Part shown: one piece after another, positions 56,801-64,000 of the stretch | How the letters are laid out: each line of letters starts with the position of its first letter | Numbering within the stretch: the stretch's first letter is position 1 | Virus record (IMG/VR): IMGVR_UViG_3300047510_001118 | Location: 186,001-250,000 of that record | Strand: one strand, 5' to 3' | Length of the DNA: 64,000 bases | Notes under the pieces: generated by a model | Database searches by the model: none | What the model was told of the DNA's origin: nothing | Seen by the model: only the letters and a program-made list of their open reading frames with translations | Translations under genes and position numbers: made by a program

Positions 56801-59101
56801 ATGGCATATCAAGTTAGATACACCGATTCAACAAATTTAGATAAACCAGCATTGACGGTAGAAGACAATACTATCAATGCCACGACTAGTATTCAGTTTC
56901 CTGGTAGAAATATTACAGGTTACGGAACAATTATAGCAGAAAATTTTCTTCACATACTAGAAAATTTTGCCAACGATAGTGCTCCAGTTAGCCCAATAGA
57001 AGGCCAACTATGGTATGATAACACAGCCGGAGTTAATCAATTAAAAGTCTATGATGGCACAAGTTGGAGTTCAGCAGGCGGACTAAAGAAGGGTAACTCG
57101 GAACCAGATTTAAACAGCAGTTTACCAGGAGACCTTTGGGTAAACACAGATACTCAACAATTATATCTATACACAGGTTCGGGTTGGATTTTAGTTGGTC
57201 CAAGATTTAGTTCGGGATCACGTACAGGCGCCGAGCCAGAGTTTATTGAAGATACTCTCAGTAACGAACAGGCAGTAGTTAGCAATTATGTTAACGGTGT
57301 TCGTGTAGCAATTATAAGTAACACAGAATTTACACCTAAAGTTTTAATTCCAGGATTTACAAAAATTAATCCTGGCGTTACTTTAAATTCAAATTATAAC
57401 ACATATTTTGGAGTAGCAGAAAAAGCCAGTGCGCTGTTAGTTGGAACCACAACAGTTGATGCTAGTAATTTTTTAAGAGGCGATGCAACAAGTAATACTA
57501 ACTTTCCATTAAATGTTAGAAATGCTAACGGAATGTCTGTTGGTGAAGATACACAGTTAAACATAGGTATTGACGGAGCAGCCGGTGTAATTTTTCACAA
57601 AACTTCTGGCAGTAACTTAGATATTCGTATGAATAACAACGGTTCAATCCGTACAGTTATTCGAGTTGACAGCTCAGAACGTGTGGGTATTAACAATCCT
57701 AATCCGCAAACAGATCTTGATGTTGGGGGATCTATTACAGCATCTGGATCTATTAGTGCTACCGGAACAGAAGAGTCTACTTCAGTATCAACAGGTAGTG
57801 GTATATTTGGCGGTGGCGTAGGTATTGCTGGCAACTTAAATGTTGGCGGAGGAGTCTCGTTTGGTGGTGATGTTCGTATAGCAACTAATTTACTACCTGA
57901 TGTTGATAACGGTGCGGTCATCGGCGGCCCTGATCTTAAGATTAGCAGAATTTATGCTTCAAGGGTAGACGGCGATGTATATGGTAATGTGTTTGGGACA
58001 TTAACAGGAAACACAACAGGTAGTTCAACTAAGTTGGCTAGTCCTACAATTTTTGACCTAGACGGTGACATAACCAGTAACGAAGTTGAATTTGACGGAC
58101 AGACAGGCACCCCTACTTTAAATACACTGTCGGCATCAGGCGACGGTGTTACAGCAAGATTAACATTTACGGCACAAACAGTGGCACCGTTCCCAACAGG
58201 ATCACAGATTATTGTTTCTGGTATTGCTCCTACAGGATATCGAGGCACTTATACAGTCACAGAAGGCGGCCTCGATTATGTTGAATACGCTAATATCACA
58301 GTAGGGTCACAAACTACTGTGGGTAGTATTTCTAGATTTGGTATAAGTGGAAATAGAAAAAGATTTTTTACAAGACTAAGCGAATCATTTATCGCAGATA
58401 AACCAGAAGCAGAAGGTGTACAGGAAAACGACACCTTTGTAGTTAGTCGTGGCGCCGAAGGTTTAAAGAAAATGTCTAAGTCGCAGTTGTTTGGTGCGAT
58501 TCCTAAAACGCCTGCGGGTGTATTGTTACCATTTGCGGGTTTAAATGCTCCTATTAATTGGTTGCTGTGTGATGGTGCTGAAGTACCAATTTCATCGTAT
58601 CCCGAATTGTTTGACGCCATTGGTTATCAATTTGGAGATATTGCCACTCTTCAAGGCCTCGGTACATTTAAATTACCAGACATGAGGGGTAGAATGGCAT
58701 TGGGTCTAGATAACATGGACAATGACATTAAAGTTCCAAATAAATTAGATCCAACAAATCAGATTAAAACTAGCGGTGGCCCAGCAAATAGGGTTACTGC
58801 TCCGGAAGCAGACAGTGTTGGTTTGTCTTCTGGTTCAGAATCGAGATTAGTAGACCAATCGCAGATTCCAAATCACGTACACGATATGAAAGGTTCTGAT
58901 GAGAACCAATACTATGCGTTTAGAAATGTCCCAGGAGCACCAACAGATACAGATGCTATTTCTGGAGAGGGTTCTACAGTAACAGCAAGAGGTCAATATT
59001 TGTTAAACAGCGGTGGAATACAAGATTACACTACACAAAGTCCTCTAAATGTTATGAATCCTTATCTTTCTATAAACTATATTATCTACACCGGAAAATA
59101 A
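56801..59101 (+). CDS. Short tail fibre-like protein with tail collar domain, 766 aa
   Basis: Collar motif PAG...PFAG..AP..WLLCDG..V....YPELF..IG...G....F.LPD.RGR; C-terminal NVMNPYL.INYIIYTG. Confidence 0.8.
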   Translation: MAYQVRYTDSTNLDKPALTVEDNTINATTSIQFPGRNITGYGTIIAENFLHILENFANDSAPVSPIEGQLWYDNTAGVNQLKVYDGTSWSSAGGLKKGNSEPDLNSSLPGDLWVNTDTQQLYLYTGSGWILVGPRFSSGSRTGAEPEFIEDTLSNEQAVVSNYVNGVRVAIISNTEFTPKVLIPGFTKINPGVTLNSNYNTYFGVAEKASALLVGTTTVDASNFLRGDATSNTNFPLNVRNANGMSVGEDTQLNIGIDGAAGVIFHKTSGSNLDIRMNNNGSIRTVIRVDSSERVGINNPNPQTDLDVGGSITASGSISATGTEESTSVSTGSGIFGGGVGIAGNLNVGGGVSFGGDVRIATNLLPDVDNGAVIGGPDLKISRIYASRVDGDVYGNVFGTLTGNTTGSSTKLASPTIFDLDGDITSNEVEFDGQTGTPTLNTLSASGDGVTARLTFTAQTVAPFPTGSQIIVSGIAPTGYRGTYTVTEGGLDYVEYANITVGSQTTVGSISRFGISGNRKRFFTRLSESFIADKPEAEGVQENDTFVVSRGAEGLKKMSKSQLFGAIPKTPAGVLLPFAGLNAPINWLLCDGAEVPISSYPELFDAIGYQFGDIATLQGLGTFKLPDMRGRMALGLDNMDNDIKVPNKLDPTNQIKTSGGPANRVTAPEADSVGLSSGSESRLVDQSQIPNHVHDMKGSDENQYYAFRNVPGAPTDTDAISGEGSTVTARGQYLLNSGGIQDYTTQSPLNVMNPYLSINYIIYTGK

Positions 59102-59105
59102 GAAC

Positions 59106-61148
59106 ATGACCTATAGAATTAATAAAACAGACGGAAATCAATTAGTAGATTTGCCTGACGGTACCTTTGATACCGATACAACATCTATTACATTAATAGG
59201 TAGGAATGTTACTAGTTTTGGTGAAGCAATTAACGAAAATTTAGTAAAACTTTTAGAAAATTTTGCCAGTGCCAGTGCTCCTGAAAATGCTCTTAAGGGT
59301 CAACTATGGTATGATACAGGATCTGGAAGATTAAATGTTTACGATGGAAATACTTTTAGATCTGCCGGTGGCCCGGTTATTAGTCCAAGAACACCTCAGG
59401 ATTTAGTTGCTGGAGACCTATGGTTAAACAATGATACAAATCAACTTTGGTTTTATGATGGTTCAGACTTAGTATTAGCAGGGCCAATATATACAAATCA
59501 GCAAGGAACTACCGGATTTGTTGTAGAAACAATACTTGATAATTTTAATAGAAGTCATGTAATTTCAAAATTAGTTGTTTCTAATGTGTTACTTGGAATT
59601 TTTAGTCGAGATCAATTTACTCCAGCATTGCCTATAGCAGGATACTCAACAGCAATTAAAGAAATAAAAATAGGATTCAACGCTGCCGAACTAGCAAACA
59701 TGAAGTTTGATGTTACTGTTACTAAAACAGAAAATATTTTAACAGATGCCGGCGAATTAAAAAATGCTGCACAGATTGTGTATAATGACGAAGACGGTAC
59801 AATCTTAGGCAGTTTAGTTTTACAATCTAACAATGGTATCTCGTTTGGTGCTCCGCCAGTTGTTGATATGAAGATTGCCAATGATAAGTTTGTTATAGAA
59901 CAAACACAAACTGGTCAGCCATTTGCACTAAAAACTAAAACACCTACAGGAACACGAGAAGCGATATCAGTTGATGCTGTTAATTCTCGAGTAGGATTTT
60001 GGACTGAAACTCCTCAAGCAGATGTAGATATACAGGGAAATTTAAGAGTTGCTGGTGACATAATAGTTGGCGGTGAAACTGCTACAATCAATGTTACAGT
60101 ATTACAAGTAGAAGATAAGAATATTGTATTAGGTAATACTCCTCAGACTCCAACTGATACAGCAGCCGATGGCGGCGGAATTACATTATTAGGTGATACA
60201 GATAAAACTCTAGAGTGGAAAAACAATAGTGACTCGTGGACTAGCAGTGAAAATTTTGATTTAGCCGCAACTAAGGTTTATAAAATTAACACTACAGAAG
60301 TTTTAAGCATAGACGAGTTGGGTCCAACAGTACTAACATCAAATTTACAAAATTTAGGTAATTTAAATGAAATTAATATGGCAGGTGGAACATCTGCTAT
60401 TAGAATAGAAACTAATGAAATATCTACAGGTATTGTTGATCTAGTATTACGCCCAATTGGTCCAGGTACTAATGTAAGTGTAAGTAACAAACGAGTTATT
60501 AATCTAGCAAATCCAGTAGGTGAGCAAGATGCTACTACTAAATCGTATGTAGACACAGCAGTTTATCTACGTGGTATTGGTATGAGTATGGATATTACTT
60601 CGCCAACTGTTCCCGGAACAGCCATGGATAATCCTGAAATTGCTATTATTTTAAATGCCATTGTTCCTTTTTATGATCCTATAACAGCACCATTTGGTGT
60701 TGCTGTTAACGGAACAAGATTAAGACTACATGGAACTTATTCAACAGTAACTAACTCTACAGTTTCTTATACACCGCAAGAAGACGTTGGCAGCGGCGGC
60801 GATTTTTCTCGTGTAGTAGTATATACAGCAGTTTTTCAAGGGTCTATAGCAAGTACTACTTTAACTGTTTCTAGCGTAATTGCTGGTAATATACAAGCAG
60901 GTATGTCTATAACAGGCCCAGGAATATTAGCAGGAACTATAATTCTTTCGGGTTCAGGTTCTACTTGGACTGTAAATAACTCACAAGCAGTAGGACCAAT
61001 AACAATAAACGGTAATACTTCGGTAATTAGGGATATTTCAACAAGCCAAACGCTTGATGCGCCTATAGCAACAGTTACAGTAACCCGTGTAAACAAGTTG
61101 TTTATTATGACTAACGGCAGTTGGCTGTATACTGAACCGTTTGCATAA
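59106..61148 (+). CDS. Tail fibre-like protein, 680 aa (paralogous N-terminus)
   Basis: YRINKTDG...DGT.D..TTS..L.GRN...GE..NEN...LLENFA...P.....GQLWYD N-terminus shared with both neighbours. Confidence 0.75.
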   Translation: MTYRINKTDGNQLVDLPDGTFDTDTTSITLIGRNVTSFGEAINENLVKLLENFASASAPENALKGQLWYDTGSGRLNVYDGNTFRSAGGPVISPRTPQDLVAGDLWLNNDTNQLWFYDGSDLVLAGPIYTNQQGTTGFVVETILDNFNRSHVISKLVVSNVLLGIFSRDQFTPALPIAGYSTAIKEIKIGFNAAELANMKFDVTVTKTENILTDAGELKNAAQIVYNDEDGTILGSLVLQSNNGISFGAPPVVDMKIANDKFVIEQTQTGQPFALKTKTPTGTREAISVDAVNSRVGFWTETPQADVDIQGNLRVAGDIIVGGETATINVTVLQVEDKNIVLGNTPQTPTDTAADGGGITLLGDTDKTLEWKNNSDSWTSSENFDLAATKVYKINTTEVLSIDELGPTVLTSNLQNLGNLNEINMAGGTSAIRIETNEISTGIVDLVLRPIGPGTNVSVSNKRVINLANPVGEQDATTKSYVDTAVYLRGIGMSMDITSPTVPGTAMDNPEIAIILNAIVPFYDPITAPFGVAVNGTRLRLHGTYSTVTNSTVSYTPQEDVGSGGDFSRVVVYTAVFQGSIASTTLTVSSVIAGNIQAGMSITGPGILAGTIILSGSGSTWTVNNSQAVGPITINGNTSVIRDISTSQTLDAPIATVTVTRVNKLFIMTNGSWLYTEPFA

Positions 61149-61160
61149 TGGGCGAAGCGA

Positions 61161-61166
61161 TAAATA
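61161..61166 (+). promoter_or_regulatory. Late promoter core (TAAATA)
   Basis: GATAAATATT in the 41 nt gap before 61190. Confidence 0.6.
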
Positions 61167-61189
61167 TTATAAATTAGGGGCTTTAGTAA

Positions 61190-63160
61190 ATGGCGTATAC
61201 AATAAATCGATGGGACGGAACAGCAGTAGCAGTTATCGAAGACGGTACTGTTAACCAAAGTTTAGATGTTAAACTTATTGGTAAAAATTATGCTGGTTAC
61301 GGCGAAATACAAAACGAAAATTTTTTACATTTAACCGAAAATTTTGCTGGTTCAATATATCCAGCAAGTGCGATTCGCGGTCAATTATGGTATGACACAG
61401 CCAATAAAAAACTAAAAGTTCATACAGGTGACCTAGTAGGAGCAGTAAAACAATGGAAAACTATTGGTGGTGCCGATTACGGTATTACTGAACCTGCTTT
61501 TCCAAATAATGGTGACTTATGGTTTGATACTACAAAAGACCAATTGAAGGTTAGAACTGGAGAAACTTGGTTATCCGTTGGTCCACAAAGTGCTGGCGCT
61601 GGTACTACACAGATGCTTAGTAAGCAAGTTCGTGGTTTTGGTATTGGAAGTACAACACCAGAAAACTTCTCAATTATTATTGCTACAATCAACGATGAAC
61701 CAGTTTACATGATTTCTAGAATTGATTTTACTCTAGATATCAGTGATGCTGATAGTAATATTCCAGGATTTAATAATGCTGGAGTATCTAATTTAGTTAA
61801 AACAGGTGTTACCCTAGCAAATACTAATTCTGTCACTGGCATTAGCGGTGTTAACTCTGATCATTTATATTGGGGAACTTCTTCTAATGCTTTACGTTTA
61901 GGTGGCTTCTTAGCATCGGATTATGTACGTTCAGGAAGTTCTTCATTTACTGCTACAGTTCGTTTTAGTGATGCGGGCTATACAGTCGGCGACAGCAACG
62001 ATTTAGCAGTATTCATCGATGGCGGCACAGAACCAATTATTCAAAATATCACTGGACCAAATATTACATTTAGAGTTCGTGACGGTGCTGACATTAAATC
62101 ACCTTTATCAATTAATCCAACTGGATTAATTCCTAGTGTTACTGAAACATTTAACATTGGTTCAAATATACGTAAATGGAAAGACATTTACGCTGAAAAT
62201 TTATTTGGCATTGCCACACAAGCCAACGAACTACGTGTAGGAACAGAATATAGAGTGGCATCAACTAGCGCAGGAGCAAACACCATTGCGGCTAGAGATG
62301 CCAGCGGAAATTTATCAGCCAATACATTTAATGGTAATGCTACAAGTGCTACACGTTTAGCAACTATTAGAACAATTAACGGTGTTAATTTTGACGGTAC
62401 TAACAATATCATAGTTGAAGATGCTACTAAAGTTAGACTTGATGGCAGTACAATGACCGGTTTCCTTACATTAAGTGCCGATCCTACAAGTCCTTTACAT
62501 GCCGCAACTAAGAATTATATCGATAACAAGTTTGGTATTGGTGGCATTTTACAAGTATCCTTTGGTGGTACTGGTGCTACTACTGCTGAAAACGCTAGAA
62601 CAAACTTAGACGTTCCTTCTAGATCGGGATCAGGAGCCACAGGAACTTGGGCTATTAATACTTCTGGTACAGCAGGAAATGCTTTGTTACTAGAAGGATT
62701 CGGTCAAACTACTGCGGCAGTCATTAATACAGTTGCCAGAAGAGACGGCAGTGCTAATTTAACAGCCAACGTTTTTGTTGGTACTGCTACATCAGCACGT
62801 TACGCTGACTTAGCAGAAAAATATCTAACAGATAATGACTACGAAGTTGGAACAGTGGTTATGATTGGCGGAGAAAAAGAAGTTACTGCCTGTACATTTG
62901 GCTCAAGAGCCGTCGGTGCGATTTCTGGAAACCCTGCTTATATGATGAACAGCGGCCTAGAAGGCGGACAATATGTTGCTCTAAAAGGTCGTGTTCCAGT
63001 TAAGGTAACAGGTAGTGTTAAGAAAGGTGATAGAATGATAGCCAGCAACGGGGGAGTTGCTATTGCAGGACAACATCATACTGCCGCTGATACTTTTGCT
63101 ATTGCTTTAGAAAGTAATGATAATACAGATATTAAACTAGTTGAGTGTTTAATTCTTTAA
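61190..63160 (+). CDS. Tail fibre-like protein, 656 aa (paralogous N-terminus)
   Basis: Same N-terminal module; C-terminal ATSARYADLAEKY..D..YE.GTV..IGG.KEVT...VAL.GRVPVKV. Confidence 0.75.
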   Translation: MAYTINRWDGTAVAVIEDGTVNQSLDVKLIGKNYAGYGEIQNENFLHLTENFAGSIYPASAIRGQLWYDTANKKLKVHTGDLVGAVKQWKTIGGADYGITEPAFPNNGDLWFDTTKDQLKVRTGETWLSVGPQSAGAGTTQMLSKQVRGFGIGSTTPENFSIIIATINDEPVYMISRIDFTLDISDADSNIPGFNNAGVSNLVKTGVTLANTNSVTGISGVNSDHLYWGTSSNALRLGGFLASDYVRSGSSSFTATVRFSDAGYTVGDSNDLAVFIDGGTEPIIQNITGPNITFRVRDGADIKSPLSINPTGLIPSVTETFNIGSNIRKWKDIYAENLFGIATQANELRVGTEYRVASTSAGANTIAARDASGNLSANTFNGNATSATRLATIRTINGVNFDGTNNIIVEDATKVRLDGSTMTGFLTLSADPTSPLHAATKNYIDNKFGIGGILQVSFGGTGATTAENARTNLDVPSRSGSGATGTWAINTSGTAGNALLLEGFGQTTAAVINTVARRDGSANLTANVFVGTATSARYADLAEKYLTDNDYEVGTVVMIGGEKEVTACTFGSRAVGAISGNPAYMMNSGLEGGQYVALKGRVPVKVTGSVKKGDRMIASNGGVAIAGQHHTAADTFAIALESNDNTDIKLVECLIL

Positions 63161-63984
63161 ACAGCCATATCTGCTTTAATAGCAGGATCTGGATTGTAAT
63201 TATCTAATATAAAATCGTCGACTACATAGTCGGCGATTTTTTTATTGACAGTCATAAACAGAGTCGGTAACTCTTTAGGTGTTCTTGATAATTGTTCTTT
63301 TACAGCATCAACGTGATTATTATAGATATGACAATCACCACCGGTCCAAATAAAATCCCCAACCTTTAATTTGCATTCTCTAGCAATAATATGTGTAAGT
63401 AAACTGTAACTGGCAATGTTAAAAGGCACACCGAGAAACATATCGCAACTACGCTGATACATCTGGCAACTTAAATGCCCATCTGTAACATCAAATTGGC
63501 TCAATACATGACAGGGTGGTAGAGCCATGTCTGAAAGTTCAGAAGGATTCCAAGCAGTTAAAATATGTCTACGTCCGCTAGGATCGTTTTTAATACCATC
63601 AATTAATTGTTGTATTTGATCAACACCAAGAAAGTCCCTCCACTGTACTCCGTAGACACGACCAAGGTCGCCTTCATAGTGTGCTTTAGGTAACCAATAG
63701 TCTGCTTTAGCGTTAGCAGTCCATATAGTTGTTTTTGATAAGTCTCTAGTACCATGTAGGATCTCCGCAAGTCGGCGTTCGTCACCGCTCCCCTCTAAGA
63801 ACCAAAGAAGTTCCGAAACTACTGCTCGCCAGGCGAGCTTCTTAGTAGTAACGGCTGGGAAGCCTTCTTGCAGATTAAAACGCATTTGATAACCAAATAC
63901 GCTACGGGTTCCTACGCCCGTCCTATCAGTCTTGCTTTTTCCGTTTTCTAGAATGTGTTGTAGTGCTTGATGATATTGTTTCAT
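63157..63984 (-). CDS. thyA: Thymidylate synthase ThyA
   Basis: DRTGVGT, ELLWFL.G, LGRVYG.QWR, DQI, RRHIL.AWNP, MALPPCH, YQRSCD.FLGVPFNIASY, GD.HIYNNH. Confidence 0.97.
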   Translation of the reverse strand: MKQYHQALQHILENGKSKTDRTGVGTRSVFGYQMRFNLQEGFPAVTTKKLAWRAVVSELLWFLEGSGDERRLAEILHGTRDLSKTTIWTANAKADYWLPKAHYEGDLGRVYGVQWRDFLGVDQIQQLIDGIKNDPSGRRHILTAWNPSELSDMALPPCHVLSQFDVTDGHLSCQMYQRSCDMFLGVPFNIASYSLLTHIIARECKLKVGDFIWTGGDCHIYNNHVDAVKEQLSRTPKELPTLFMTVNKKIADYVVDDFILDNYNPDPAIKADMAV

Positions 63985-64000
63985 TGTTATATTCTTCTAC

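Noticed and set aside
244-63785. Numerous 60-190 aa ORFs antisense to or nested in long genes (e.g. 2152-2451, 12038-12445, 22116-22676, 57595-57921)
   Set aside because: They are shadow frames of long, motif-supported genes on the other strand, with no RBS or recognisable motifs.
63157-63984. td-type group I intron in thyA
   Set aside because: The ORF is continuous, 275 aa, with all motifs in order.
1-64000. Stop-codon reassignment (alternative genetic code)
   Set aside because: Very long ORFs are intact under the standard code, and TAA, TAG and TGA all occur as terminal stops.

Overview
This is a 64 kb segment of a large T4-like (distant Tevenvirinae-type, probably jumbo) myovirus genome, densely coding in the standard genetic code, and mostly virion morphogenesis genes. 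Left half (minus strand): tape-measure-like gene, portal (gp20), prohead core, protease (gp21), scaffold (gp22), major capsid (gp23), small virion genes, two paralogous 1100-1400 aa fibre-like proteins, and a >=2594 aa adhesin-like protein that runs off the window and is absent from the ORF track. Centre: a gp26/gp51-like pair, a ~460 nt structured non-coding region, a stand-alone GIY-YIG nuclease, gp46/gp47, and a gp55-like late sigma factor. Right half (plus strand): baseplate genes (gp48/54-, gp53-, gp27-, gp5-, gp25-, gp6-like), a 4648 aa wedge-like giant, three paralogous tail fibres and a convergent thyA. The most notable observations are: (1) a multi-domain structured RNA candidate directly 3' of a catalytic-domain-only GIY-YIG gene; (2) a textbook -1 frameshift signal that would fuse gp26-like and gp51-like ORFs as a G/GT-type tail chaperone; (3) a bipartite late promoter (AACTSMSCA-N14-TAAATA) together with a gp55 carrying a large basic insertion, and an overlapping early/late divergent promoter; (4) structured leaders on late genes. 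All protein calls come from motif recognition by eye; no searches were run. No tRNA, rRNA or CRISPR array was recognised.
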